DNA of 64,000 nt from Candidatus Poribacteria bacterium (GTDB lineage: Bacteria; Poribacteria; WGA-4E; PCPOR2b), in assembly GCA_965218095.1 (NCBI GenBank), contig OZ244587.1, positions 6,208,001-6,272,000 on the forward strand, in the 5' to 3' direction. Every line of letters begins with the position of its first letter. Position 1 is the first letter of the stretch. Below are positions 10,207-20,386 of this stretch, piece by piece. The notes below the pieces were generated by a model. The model was not told where the DNA came from. It worked only from the letters and a program-made list of their open reading frames with translations, and did not search any database. The position numbers were made by a program, and so were the translations under genes.

Positions 10207-10480
10207 GATCTTTTCCCTTTCTGTAACAATTTGCGATTGAATTTCCCCACCATCTGTGCTATTATTGGTACGTTCGTCAGTTTGGATCAACGATACATTA
10301 TACCAGTTCCTGATCAAGAATGCAAAGATGCAAGGGAGCCAATAAGCAGGATGCTGTATCTCCGTTACACGAGAGTGCAAACACCTGAATCCTGTATCTT
10401 GAATCCTGTTTGCAAGGTGCAAGATGCAGGGAACCATTCGCTTGCTTGCGCATTTGCAAAGTTTCTTACGAGGTGGTCAA

Positions 10481-11377
10481 ATGAAAGTCGCTTATGCATT
10501 TCGTCGAGGGGTACTTTATCCACATCAAGGAACAGATCTTGCTACGAAAGAGTTTCGCGGGAAATTCTTGAAAAAAGCGAAGGAGATCGGCTTTGATGGT
10601 ATTGAGTTGGGTGCTGGCGTGCTCGACTACCCGGACGTCGAATCTCTTCGAGCAGAGCTGGAAGACGTCGGCATGCCGTGCGTCGCCATACGCGGTGGGG
10701 GCGGCTTTACGAATCCACGCACTACTGCTGGAATGGTTAAGCGGTGGGAGGACATCATTCACTTTGCCGCGCAGATTGGCGCCGGAATTGTCAATTCAAC
10801 GGTTGGCGGCGCGCCGGCCGCTGATCCACGGAGCATCGGCACATATCAGGGAGAACGAATATCTCAAGGGTCTAGCCGAACCGCCAGGGAAGAAGACTAT
10901 GAACGCACAACACGGGGGATTTCGGAGTCCGCGAAAATCGCCGCCGATCACGGTTTAGAGATTTCGATTGAGATCCATCAGCTCTCGATTGTTGACAACA
11001 GTTGGTCTGCGTTGCATCTGATGGAGTTGATCGACCAACCCAATGTCGGTATCAACCCCGACCTCGGCAACATTTACTGGACTTATGATATTCCCGAAGA
11101 ATCCTGTGAAGATGCGATTGCCACTCTTGCACCGCACTGCAACTATTGGCATTGCAAGAACCTCTATCGCGTCCATATCCCCGAGCTCGAAAAATCGATC
11201 TTACTGCAAGCGCCGCTTCCCGACGGGGACATCGACTACCGATTCGCAATCTCGGCGATGTTGGATGCAGGCTACAGCGGTTATCTCGCCATCGAAGGCA
11301 TGCGTCTCGGCGATCAATTCCACGGCGATGGAAAAAGCGTTGCTTATGTGAAATCGGTAATCGAGGAGTTGAGCTAA
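10481..11377 (+). CDS. Sugar phosphate isomerase/epimerase (AP_endonuc_2 TIM barrel)
   Basis: GFDGIEL, SIEIH, NPDLGN, YWHCKN, GDIDY, LAIE. Confidence 0.85.
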   Translation: MKVAYAFRRGVLYPHQGTDLATKEFRGKFLKKAKEIGFDGIELGAGVLDYPDVESLRAELEDVGMPCVAIRGGGGFTNPRTTAGMVKRWEDIIHFAAQIGAGIVNSTVGGAPAADPRSIGTYQGERISQGSSRTAREEDYERTTRGISESAKIAADHGLEISIEIHQLSIVDNSWSALHLMELIDQPNVGINPDLGNIYWTYDIPEESCEDAIATLAPHCNYWHCKNLYRVHIPELEKSILLQAPLPDGDIDYRFAISAMLDAGYSGYLAIEGMRLGDQFHGDGKSVAYVKSVIEELS

Positions 11378-11456
11378 ATCAAGACCGGGTAAATGAGTAT
11401 GCCATTTGCGTCATTTACCCATCTACTCATTATCGAAGGAACGAAAGCGGAGAAAA

Positions 11457-11981
11457 ATGGACAGATCAGAGCTTGCAAAACAGATTAAAGCCGTTTCATA
11501 CCTAACCGGACAGTTCAAGCTGCGGTCAGGAAAAATCAGTTCGTTCTATTGGGACAAATACCGCTTTGAGAGCGATCCGATCTTGTTGCACGCAATTGTG
11601 GCTGAGCTGCAGAAACTTTTACCCTCGTCTTTCGACAAACTCGCCAGTTTAGAGTTAGGCGGCATTCCGCTGGCGACCGGACTTTCCTTCAAAACAGGGA
11701 AGCCCTGTCTATATGTCCGCAAAGAAGCCAAAACCTATGGCACCTGCAATTTGGTAGAGGGTGGATTTCATACGGGTGAAACAGCGGTTGTAATAGAGGA
11801 CGTCGCCACCACCGGAGGACAGATATCTACATCGGTGAGCCAGATGCGAGAGCTTGGACTGATTGTCGAACATGCCGTGTGCGTCATTGATCGGCAACAA
11901 GGCGGTCGTGAGAATCTTGCGAAGATTGGGTGTGCATTGAATTCCGTTTTTACCTTGGACGAACTTGAGCGCTTGGCGTAG
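11457..11981 (+). CDS. pyrE: Orotate phosphoribosyltransferase
   Basis: FKLRSGKISSFYWDK, VRKEAKTYGT, PRPP loop VIEDVATTGG. Confidence 0.9.
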   Translation: MDRSELAKQIKAVSYLTGQFKLRSGKISSFYWDKYRFESDPILLHAIVAELQKLLPSSFDKLASLELGGIPLATGLSFKTGKPCLYVRKEAKTYGTCNLVEGGFHTGETAVVIEDVATTGGQISTSVSQMRELGLIVEHAVCVIDRQQGGRENLAKIGCALNSVFTLDELERLA

Positions 11982-11989
11982 GTGCAGCC

Positions 11990-12655
11990 ATGATTATTGT
12001 TGCGTTATCTGATATTCACGGTAACACAAAACATCTACGGGCAATTGCCCACGATCTGTCCGTAGCGGATGTTGTTCTGCTGGTCGGCGATCTGACCAAC
12101 TTCGGTCGGCGGAGGCATGCATCACGGGTGGTGCATGCAGTACAACAATATAATGATCGGATCCTTGCCATCCCAGGGAATTGTGATTACCCGGAAGTGG
12201 ATGCCTCTCTCACCGTCGAAGGGATAAGCCTTCACCGAAAATGCGTCACCGTGGATGGGATTGCCTTTCTGGGGGTCGGCGGATCGCTGCCCTGTCCCGC
12301 CAGAACACCGAATGAATTTACGGAAGGTGAGTTGCAAGCATTTCTCGACGAGGCTTCATCCAATCTCGATCCATCGATGCCCGTGATTCTCGTCTCCCAT
12401 CAACCACCCTATTGCACCATTGCTGACTTCGCATGGATTGGTCAACATGTCGGCAGTCAGTCAATCCGGACTTTCATTACGCAGGTTCAGCCGATGGTAT
12501 GCTTTACGGGGCATATCCACGAAGGACGAGGCATTGACGCAATTGGAGAGACAAAAGTGATTAACCCGGGGCCCTTGAGAGAAGGGGGATATGCATATAC
12601 AGAAGTGAACCGCCAGGTTGAAGTTGTGGAAATACGAGGAGTAAACAAACATTAA
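11990..12655 (+). CDS. Metallophosphoesterase (Icc-related)
   Basis: SDIHG, GDLT, PGNCD, SHQPP, GHIHE. Confidence 0.9.
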   Translation: MIIVALSDIHGNTKHLRAIAHDLSVADVVLLVGDLTNFGRRRHASRVVHAVQQYNDRILAIPGNCDYPEVDASLTVEGISLHRKCVTVDGIAFLGVGGSLPCPARTPNEFTEGELQAFLDEASSNLDPSMPVILVSHQPPYCTIADFAWIGQHVGSQSIRTFITQVQPMVCFTGHIHEGRGIDAIGETKVINPGPLREGGYAYTEVNRQVEVVEIRGVNKH

Positions 12656-12673
12656 CGGAAAGCGGGAGAGCCA

Positions 12674-13462
12674 TTGAAAATTTTATTCATTGGAGACATT
12701 GTTGGACACCCTGGGCGGAAAGCTGTTTCGGCCCTCCTTCCGCGTCTAATCGAAAACACAGGTGGATTCGATGCAGTAATCGTCAACGGTGAAAACGCTG
12801 CCGGCGGCAAGGGACTCACCCGACCGGTCCTTGATGAGATTCTGAGTTGGGGCGTTGATGTAATTACGACCGGAAATCATGTCTGGGATAATCGTGAGAT
12901 CTTTGGGTTCATCGATACTGAGCCGAATCTCATCCGCCCGGCGAATTTTCCGAAAGGCGCCCCAGGACGCGGTTGGGTTGTCACAACCACATCTTCAGGC
13001 GCGAAGATTGGCGTGATCAATATCGCGGGTCAAGTTTACATGGAGAACTACGACAACCCGTTTCACACCCTTGATGCCATCCTACCGCAAATTCAGGCAC
13101 AAACACATTTTATCCTGTTCGATTTCCATGCAGAGGCAACGGCAGAGAAGAGCGCGATGGGCTGGTATGCGGACGGAAAAGTGAGTGTGGTCGTTGGCAC
13201 ACATACCCATGTGCAGACCGCCGATGAACAGATCCTCCCGCAAGGCACCGCTTACATCACGGATGTTGGCATGACAGGTCCTCATGATTCGGTGATAGGT
13301 GTGAAAAAAGAGGATGTGCTTCATCGCTTTCGGACAATGCTGCCCCGCCGCTACCAGGTTGCGAGCGGCAACGTCATCCTCTGTGCTGTTGCTCTGGAGT
13401 TGGATGATGAAACCGGCAAGGCGCTCTCCATTCAACGCATTCGCCTTCCTCTGAGTGGGTAA
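12674..13462 (+). CDS. YmdB-family (TIGR00282-type) metallophosphoesterase
   Basis: FIGDIVG, NGENAAGG, TTGNHVWD, DFHAEATAEK, GTHTHV, TDVGMTGP. Confidence 0.92.
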   Translation: MKILFIGDIVGHPGRKAVSALLPRLIENTGGFDAVIVNGENAAGGKGLTRPVLDEILSWGVDVITTGNHVWDNREIFGFIDTEPNLIRPANFPKGAPGRGWVVTTTSSGAKIGVINIAGQVYMENYDNPFHTLDAILPQIQAQTHFILFDFHAEATAEKSAMGWYADGKVSVVVGTHTHVQTADEQILPQGTAYITDVGMTGPHDSVIGVKKEDVLHRFRTMLPRRYQVASGNVILCAVALELDDETGKALSIQRIRLPLSG

Positions 13463-13553
13463 CTGAAAGTTCAGTCGTTCATGAAGCGTAAAACGTGAAA
13501 CGTAAAAAGAGCGGTTGTCTTCTTACGTTTTACCCTATACACGGTGCTTACTA

Positions 13554-14771
13554 ATGATGCATCCAACACGCAACGTTTACCAAGTCCGCGAAATTACACA
13601 GACCTTGCAAGCTATCTTGCAGTCCGAGCCGTCCTTGCAAGACCTCTGGATTGAGGGAGAGATTTCAAATTTTGTACGCCACACTTCTGGACACGTCTAC
13701 TTTACCCTCAAGGACAACAACAGTCAGATTCGATGTGCTATCTTTCGTTCCGCCGCATCTCGTCTGCGATTTCCACTGAAAAACGGCGACGCTGTGCTTG
13801 TTCATGGACGACTCAGCATCTACGATGCCCGAAGTGAGTATCAGATTATCGGGGATCGGGTCGCTCCTGCCGGCGTCGGAATGCTACAACTGGCTTTCGA
13901 GCGGCTCAAGGAACAACTCGCCGCAGAGGGGTTGTTCGATCCAGTCCATAAAAAACCGCTGTCGAAATTTCCCCAGAAGATTGGGGTCATCACCTCGGCG
14001 ACAGGGGCAGCGATTCTCGATATTCTCCGAATGCTTCAAAAGCGGTATCCCGGAGTCGAGGTCCTCCTGTTTCCAACCCTCGTGCAAGGGGAGGACGCGG
14101 CGGCGGAAATCACCCACGCCATTGCGTGTATGAATCGGCTGCCGGGGGTCGACCTCCTCATCGTCGGTCGAGGGGGCGGGTCGATAGAAGATCTTTGGGC
14201 GTTCAACGAAGAGGTTGTCGCACGCGCCATTTTTGCGTCCCGAATTCCGATTGTGTCTGCTGTGGGCCACGAGACTGATTTTACGATTGCAGACTTCGTG
14301 GCAGACTATCGCGCTCCAACACCTTCTGCAGCAATTGAACATGTCGTTCCAGATCAACAGGAACTTCGACGACAGATAGCAGTGCTCGAATCAAATTTGA
14401 TGCGCGCTATAGCCGGTCGGATTGAATCTGTGCGGGCAAGGCTCGCAAATACACAGAATCGTCTATCGCCTACACGTCAGATCGACGTCCTCAATCGCCT
14501 TCGACAGACGATGGATCAGCTTGAAATCCGAGGACAGCGGGCAGCCACACAACAGTTAAATGCGAAACGGCGAGTGTGGCAAGTTGCTTCAGCCCGGCTG
14601 GATACGTTGAGTCCTCTAGCGACGCTGGCTCGTGGATATAGCGTCTGCAAAAATTCAAATGGTCAGACAATTACAGATGCCTCACAAGTCCGCGTCGGCG
14701 ATGAGATCGGCGTCCGACTTTCACAGGGGAGGTTATCATGTCGTGTACTGAAAGGAGAAACAAATGTCTGA
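13554..14771 (+). CDS. xseA: Exodeoxyribonuclease VII large subunit
   Basis: WIEGEISNF, SGHVYFTLKD, GRGGGSIEDLWAFNEE, VGHETDFTIADFVAD, APTPSAA. Confidence 0.97.
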   Translation: MMHPTRNVYQVREITQTLQAILQSEPSLQDLWIEGEISNFVRHTSGHVYFTLKDNNSQIRCAIFRSAASRLRFPLKNGDAVLVHGRLSIYDARSEYQIIGDRVAPAGVGMLQLAFERLKEQLAAEGLFDPVHKKPLSKFPQKIGVITSATGAAILDILRMLQKRYPGVEVLLFPTLVQGEDAAAEITHAIACMNRLPGVDLLIVGRGGGSIEDLWAFNEEVVARAIFASRIPIVSAVGHETDFTIADFVADYRAPTPSAAIEHVVPDQQELRRQIAVLESNLMRAIAGRIESVRARLANTQNRLSPTRQIDVLNRLRQTMDQLEIRGQRAATQQLNAKRRVWQVASARLDTLSPLATLARGYSVCKNSNGQTITDASQVRVGDEIGVRLSQGRLSCRVLKGETNV

Positions 14772-15006
14772 AGAGATGAGCTTTGAGGAAACCTTAATTA
14801 AACTTGAAGAGGCAGTTGACCGTCTTGAGCAGGGGGATGCATTGCCCCTGGATGAGTCATTGCAAACCTTTGAGGAAGGCATCCGTCTGACACGACTCTG
14901 CCGCCAGAAACTTGACGCGGCGGAATTGCGTGTGCAACAACTGGTTGAAATCGATGAAGATACGCTTGAAATGGCACCGTTTGAAGTGGAGGAAAATGTC
15001 TCCTAA
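14764..15006 (+). CDS. xseB: Exodeoxyribonuclease VII small subunit
   Basis: SFEETLIKLEEAVDRLE...LDESLQTFEEGIRL; overlaps xseA stop. Confidence 0.95.
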   Translation: MSEEMSFEETLIKLEEAVDRLEQGDALPLDESLQTFEEGIRLTRLCRQKLDAAELRVQQLVEIDEDTLEMAPFEVEENVS

Positions 15007-15022
15007 TGTCAAAGGAAAGATA

Positions 15023-15254
15023 GAATGGATCTAGACTGACTGAAGACAGCGGCTGAGTTTAAGATAACGTGGCTCATGTAAAAAGAAAGTGCACGATTTC
15101 TTAACATGAGCCGATAACGCATAAAGTCTCAGTTGCAGATTCTATCGCTCTTGCTTTGGCAGATGTGAAAAATGCCGAATTGATGACAAGCAGTCATCAT
15201 GAATTTGATGAAATCGAAAAAGCGGGTAGATTGAAGTTTTATTGGATTCGGTAG
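15023..15254 (+). pseudogene. C-terminal remnant of a PIN-domain (VapC-like) gene interrupted by a 42-bp element
   Basis: Removing 15071-15112 plus one target copy gives LKTAAEFKITHKVSVADSIALALADVKNAELMTSSHHEFDEIEKAGRLKFYWIR*. Confidence 0.6.
15071..15112. mobile_element. 42-bp miniature inverted-repeat element with 8-bp target duplication (IS1595-like ends)
   Basis: GGCTCATGT...ACATGAGCC flanked by GATAACGT and GATAACGC. Confidence 0.65.
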
Positions 15255-15436
15255 ATTTTTATAGACGATATCTTCGCTAAGCAATTTTAGAAAATAAGTT
15301 TTACATTTTGAGGAAGGATGGAAAAAACGCCTTGTTTGCTTTTTCCCAATCTTCCAATTTTCCGACCGATTTGGGGGATTCAGAACATAAACTTTAATAC
15401 TGAAATTTGCTTAATTATCACCAGGAGTTTATAAAT

Positions 15437-17305
15437 ATGCTTTTAGAAAAAATCGATACACCCGCAGATCTCCAATCGCTAAATTTCAACGAACTGAAAG
15501 AACTTGCCGAGGAGATGCGTGGCTATCTGCTTTCGGTGCTATCAGAACACCCCGGACACTTTGCGCCGAACTTAGGGACGGTTGAGCTTGCAATCGCCCT
15601 CCATTACGTTTTCGATACCCCGCATGATCAGGTCATCTGGGACATCGGACACCAAGCTTACCCACACAAACTCCTCACCGGTCGCCGCGATGCGTTCCCG
15701 ACGCTTCGCCAGTATGGCGGCATCAGTGGGTTTCTCAGCCGGGCAGAAAGCGAGTACGATGTGTTTGGCGCCGGTCATTCAAGCACATCGCTTGCGGCCG
15801 CGTTGGGTGTCACCACCGCTCGTGACTTCAACAACGAAGATTACAAGGTAGTCGCTGTCATCGGCGATGGCGGCTTGACAGGGGGGATGGCGTTTGAGGG
15901 ACTGAATGCAGCCGGCGATTTCAAAAAAGATATGATCGTCATCCTCAACGACAACCAGATGTCGATTTCCCAGACAGTTGGTGCATTCTCGAAATATTTG
16001 AACCGTCTCTTAGCCAACCCAACCTACAATGCCCTCCGATCTAGTGCCAAAGAGATCGTGAAGCGAATTGCCCCGGAGGTTAAGCCGGTTGCCAAGCGGA
16101 TCGAAGCTGCCCTCAAACCCGGCACACTGTTTGAGGAATTTGGCTTTCGCTATTTCGGTCCCCTCAACGGCAACGATCTGGAGGCGCTGTTGCCTGTGTT
16201 GAAAGGCGTCAAATCGCTACATCAGCCGATTCTGATTCACGTTGTCACCCAAAAGGGCAAAGGGTATCCTCCCGCCGAAACGGATTCAGAGACGTTCTAC
16301 AGCGTCAGCGGCAAGTTCGACCTCGAAACCGGTAAGTCGCTTGTCCCCAAGTTATCCATCCCGACATATACCAATATTTTCAGCAACACGTTGATTGAAC
16401 TTGCCGAACAGGACTCCCGAATCGTCGCTATTACCGCCGCAATGCCAAACGGCACAGGGTTAGATAAATTTCAGCAGGCGTTTCCCAACCGCTTCTTCGA
16501 CGTTGGCCTGGCAGAGCAGTGTGCTGTTACCTTCGCGGCAGGGTTGGCGACCCAGGGCGTCAAGCCGGTCGCGGCAATTTATTCCACCTTCCTGCAACGC
16601 GGCTACGACCAGTTGGTTCATGATATCTGCATCCAGAATCTGCCGGTAACCTTCGTGCTAGACCGTGCCGGACTTGTCGGCGCAGATGGGCCAACCCACC
16701 ACGGCGTCTTCGATTTCGCGTACCTGCGTTCTCTACCAAACATGGTGGCGATGGCACCAAAAGATGAAGACGAACTCCAGCACATGGTGAAAACTGCCGT
16801 TGAGTACGAAAGAGGACCAATTGCCGTCCGCTATCCTCGTGGAACGGGAATCGGCGTCCCGATGGCGAGCCAGCCTCAAGTCCTGCCAATCGGAAAAGGC
16901 GAAGTGCTGCGTGACGGCGACGACCTGCTGATTCTGGCGATTGGGAATCGTGTCCACCCGGCGCTGGAGGCGGCCGAAATGTTGGCGGATTCGGAAGTCT
17001 CGGCGACGGTGGTGAACGCACGGTTCGTCAAGCCCCTTGATGAGGAACTCACCCTTCCTCTCGCCGAGCGGATAAGGAAGGTTATCACGGTTGAGGATGG
17101 TGTGCTGATGGGCGGATTCGGCAGCGCCATCCTGGAAATGTTCGCAGATAACGGATTGGCGGGCGTACAGGTGAAACGTCTCGGTATTCCTGATCAGTTC
17201 ATTGAACACGGGGATGTCAAAACCTTGTATGAACACTGTGGTTTAGACGTAGACGCGATTGTTCGTGAGGGGTTAAGATTTGTAAATGAGCAAATAAGTC
17301 AATAG
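15437..17305 (+). CDS. dxs: 1-deoxy-D-xylulose-5-phosphate synthase
   Basis: WDIGHQAYPHK, GAGHSSTS, TPP motif GDG...ILNDN, DRAGLVGADGPTHHG. Confidence 0.97.
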   Translation: MLLEKIDTPADLQSLNFNELKELAEEMRGYLLSVLSEHPGHFAPNLGTVELAIALHYVFDTPHDQVIWDIGHQAYPHKLLTGRRDAFPTLRQYGGISGFLSRAESEYDVFGAGHSSTSLAAALGVTTARDFNNEDYKVVAVIGDGGLTGGMAFEGLNAAGDFKKDMIVILNDNQMSISQTVGAFSKYLNRLLANPTYNALRSSAKEIVKRIAPEVKPVAKRIEAALKPGTLFEEFGFRYFGPLNGNDLEALLPVLKGVKSLHQPILIHVVTQKGKGYPPAETDSETFYSVSGKFDLETGKSLVPKLSIPTYTNIFSNTLIELAEQDSRIVAITAAMPNGTGLDKFQQAFPNRFFDVGLAEQCAVTFAAGLATQGVKPVAAIYSTFLQRGYDQLVHDICIQNLPVTFVLDRAGLVGADGPTHHGVFDFAYLRSLPNMVAMAPKDEDELQHMVKTAVEYERGPIAVRYPRGTGIGVPMASQPQVLPIGKGEVLRDGDDLLILAIGNRVHPALEAAEMLADSEVSATVVNARFVKPLDEELTLPLAERIRKVITVEDGVLMGGFGSAILEMFADNGLAGVQVKRLGIPDQFIEHGDVKTLYEHCGLDVDAIVREGLRFVNEQISQ

Positions 17306-17330
17306 ACGAGGAGAACTGAGAGATACAGAA

Positions 17331-18239
17331 ATGGAAGGGAACAAGGAGATTGGAAGGAAAGGAAGAATGAAAGGATGGAAGGATAACAACGGCACGTCTC
17401 ACGTTTCACGTTTCACGTTTCACGCATCATGCGGTCAGAACAAGCAGCGGCTTGATACACTCGTTGTCCAACGTGGGCTCGCCGAGAGCCGTGAGCGAGC
17501 AAAGCGGTTAATTCTCGCAGGCGAGGTCCTCGTTGCGGGTAAGCCGCACGCCAAGCCGGGGCACCTCATCCCAGCGGATGCAGAAATTGCAGTCAAACAG
17601 CTACCACAGTACGTCAGCCGGGGCGGGCTGAAGCTAGAGAAGGCGTTGCAGGTTTCCCAAGCCGACGTGCGTGGAAAAGTCGCGATCGACGTCGGGGCAT
17701 CGACCGGAGGGTTCACGGATTGCCTGCTACAACACGGCGCGAAATTTGTGTATGCGGTGGACGTGGGCCATGGCCAACTTGCATGGAAAATCCGTCAAGA
17801 CCCACGGGTGTGTGTAATTGAGGGGACCAATATCCGCACGATTGACATGAATCGCTTTGAGCCGCCGGTCGAAATCGGCGTGGTTGATGTATCGTTTATC
17901 TCTCTTCAAAAAGTCCTACCGGTCGTCACCCAAATCGTTGACCCCATGGGGGATGTGCTTGCCCTGATCAAGCCGCAATTTGAGGCAGGACGGGCGCACG
18001 TGGGCAAAGGCGGCGTCGTGAGGGATGCGGGCATTCACGTTCAGGTCCTCCGCGATCTAATCCAATTTGTTCATGGACTGGATCGATCTGTCATGGGGGT
18101 CTCCCACTCTCCGATTCGCGGGCCGGCGGGAAACATTGAGTACCTGATTTGGGTCAAGGGGCGTCTTGAGGCTTCTTCGGCAGATTGGGGTGATCGTGCT
18201 GCACAGATTGTTCAGCGTGCTCACGAGGCCTTTCAGTGA
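17331..18239 (+). CDS. tlyA: TlyA-family rRNA methyltransferase (start uncertain; N-terminus overlaps heptamer repeats)
   Basis: S4 domain KQRLDTLVVQRGL, YVSRGGLKL, DVGASTGGFTD, DVSFISL, IKPQFE, GPAGNIEY. Confidence 0.92.
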   Translation: MEGNKEIGRKGRMKGWKDNNGTSHVSRFTFHASCGQNKQRLDTLVVQRGLAESRERAKRLILAGEVLVAGKPHAKPGHLIPADAEIAVKQLPQYVSRGGLKLEKALQVSQADVRGKVAIDVGASTGGFTDCLLQHGAKFVYAVDVGHGQLAWKIRQDPRVCVIEGTNIRTIDMNRFEPPVEIGVVDVSFISLQKVLPVVTQIVDPMGDVLALIKPQFEAGRAHVGKGGVVRDAGIHVQVLRDLIQFVHGLDRSVMGVSHSPIRGPAGNIEYLIWVKGRLEASSADWGDRAAQIVQRAHEAFQ

Positions 18240-18298
18240 AGTAAGGTTTAACAGTGTACTCGTATCATCGAAATAATTTAGAATTGGAGGCACTTGCG

Positions 18299-19243
18299 AT
18301 GACAATTCAAGAGCACCTATCCTTGGAGGGTATTAATGACGATAACCTGAGCATTTTCAAAGCGATTGGTGTGGATTATGTCGCGATTATGCACCCACCG
18401 CCGCCCAAAGCCGGCGAAGATTGCACAGATTTCTGGAACGATATACGCAAAAAAGTCGAATCTCACGAGATGAAACTGAACAACGTGGGACTGAGACCTG
18501 TGAAAGAACTAATCCTCGGCAAGCCCGGCCAGGACGAGCACATCAAGGGTTGGCGCATGTTGATAAGGAATTTGGGTGCGGCTGGCATCCCGACGCTCGG
18601 TTACAACTTCAGGGGTATCGGGAATTTTCGGACAACGGTGACGGTTGGCCGCGGCGGGGCGCACTATAGCACGTTTGATTATGGTGAATTCATGAAAGAA
18701 GAGCCGGACTTCCCCGAGAATTACATTTCCGACGAGAAGCTCTGGGAGAATTTGAAGTATTTCCTTGAGCGCATTGTTCCGGTGGCTGAAGAATCTGGTG
18801 TGCGGCTCACGATGCACCCGGATGATCCGCCCATCCCCGAGCCGCTTGGCGGCGCAGCTCGCATTCTCTCGACCCTTGATGATTTTGAGCGCATGTTCAA
18901 GATGGTTCCGAGCGATGCGAACACGATGCTATTTTGCCAGGGATGCGTTCGTGAAATGGGAGAAGACGTACCCTCCGCTATTCGGCGCATCGGGGCACAA
19001 GACAAAATTGCTGCCGTCCATTTTCGAAACCTTCGGGGGACGCCAAAAAGCTTTCAGGAGGTTTTCGTGGATGAGGGAGATGTGGACATGTATCAAACTA
19101 TGCAGACCTACCGGGAAGTAGGCTTTGAGGGACCGTTCATGATGGATCACACCCCTGGCTTTCCTCAAGAAAACGCTCAATGGGCGGGCAGAGCCTTTGC
19201 TGTCGGTTACATCCGAGCGATGATCCAAGCCACATACCGGTAA
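18299..19243 (+). CDS. Mannonate dehydratase (UxuA)-family protein
   Basis: LWENLKYFLERIVPVAEE, MHPDDPP, FCQG, VHFRN, MMDH. Confidence 0.85.
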   Translation: MTIQEHLSLEGINDDNLSIFKAIGVDYVAIMHPPPPKAGEDCTDFWNDIRKKVESHEMKLNNVGLRPVKELILGKPGQDEHIKGWRMLIRNLGAAGIPTLGYNFRGIGNFRTTVTVGRGGAHYSTFDYGEFMKEEPDFPENYISDEKLWENLKYFLERIVPVAEESGVRLTMHPDDPPIPEPLGGAARILSTLDDFERMFKMVPSDANTMLFCQGCVREMGEDVPSAIRRIGAQDKIAAVHFRNLRGTPKSFQEVFVDEGDVDMYQTMQTYREVGFEGPFMMDHTPGFPQENAQWAGRAFAVGYIRAMIQATYR

Positions 19244-19378
19244 TTGAATATTGCTCCTACGAATTGTTTCTGATGTCTCGTGGCTTTTACAGATTGATGA
19301 ATTTTTGGATGGACATAGTGAGTCTACAAGGAAATCTAATATTGTCGAGATAAACAACCGTTGGGGTATTGATTCATT

Positions 19379-20239
19379 CTACCGCACATACAGTGCAAGA
19401 TGTTTCCGTGAACGCCGTAGCCCATTGGCTTGCGCGTCCCAATCTTTCCAGTAACGATAGTCTTCCAACTCGACGCTGATAATTCCGTCGAAGCCTTCGT
19501 CCTCAAGCCGTTGAACCACCTTGAGCCAATCAACGACGCCATCCCCAGGGATGCAATACCGCCACCAATCCTCACCAAAACCGTGTGGGGAGTGAAAGCT
19601 CGGCCCCAAATTGCCGTGGAGGTAGAGCGCTTCTTGATCGAAGACAGTATCCTTGCCGTGGACATGCACAACGTAAGAAGCAAATTCATTGAGCATACGC
19701 AAGTAATCGACGCCGATGCGGACGAGATGTGACGGGTCATAGTTCACGCCGAGCCCTTTTGGGCATTCCGCGAACATCGCCTGCAATGTTTCCGGGGTAC
19801 AACCGAGCGAGGGACAATAGGGGGCGGGACCGGGCCAACCTTCAACGGAAATCGAAACCCCTCTATCCGTCGCAAACTCGGCTATCGGTGGAACGGTCTC
19901 CCTCCACAGATCGAAGGTTTTCGCCCGTCCAAGGCTTGGGTCTTCCGGTGCGAAAACGCAAAACATGATATGAACACCGTTATCGGCTGCCGCTTGGATG
20001 GCAGCTTTTGCGGCTTCTGCTCCTGCTTCCTGCTTCGATTTATCAACGCTTAACAGGTCGCGGGTGCCCGGCAGATCTGCGCTGCCGATGACCAATCCAG
20101 CGTCTCGTGCCGTCTGTACGATTTCGGGCGTAACTTCGCCGATATCGACAGCGTCAAAACTGTTATCTGCGCACCAACGGCAGAACTCATCAAAGGGCAT
20201 CTCCCGCCCTGCACCCGGTATACATAAACCAATTTTCAT
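19379..20239 (-). CDS. Sugar phosphate isomerase/epimerase (TIM barrel)
   Basis: NYDPSHL, HVHGKD, YCIPGDGVVDW, ISVELED. Confidence 0.85.
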   Translation of the reverse strand: MKIGLCIPGAGREMPFDEFCRWCADNSFDAVDIGEVTPEIVQTARDAGLVIGSADLPGTRDLLSVDKSKQEAGAEAAKAAIQAAADNGVHIMFCVFAPEDPSLGRAKTFDLWRETVPPIAEFATDRGVSISVEGWPGPAPYCPSLGCTPETLQAMFAECPKGLGVNYDPSHLVRIGVDYLRMLNEFASYVVHVHGKDTVFDQEALYLHGNLGPSFHSPHGFGEDWWRYCIPGDGVVDWLKVVQRLEDEGFDGIISVELEDYRYWKDWDAQANGLRRSRKHLALYVR

Positions 20240-20386
20240 ATTTTAGAGATCTCCTTTGTCGTTTGGATTTGTCAAACCGATGCGGATTTTTCAGTTAGCT
20301 GAGTAGAACGCGCAATGTTCGTCCGAGAATCGGACATATTCTACTTCATCCATCGGTGAAAGACGTGTAAAATTGGCTTGTGATAC

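Noticed and set aside
10207-10480. Long N-terminal extensions of ORFs 8722..10437 and 10424..11377
   Set aside because: They run through repeat-rich intergenic DNA; family-typical starts are at 10206 and 10481
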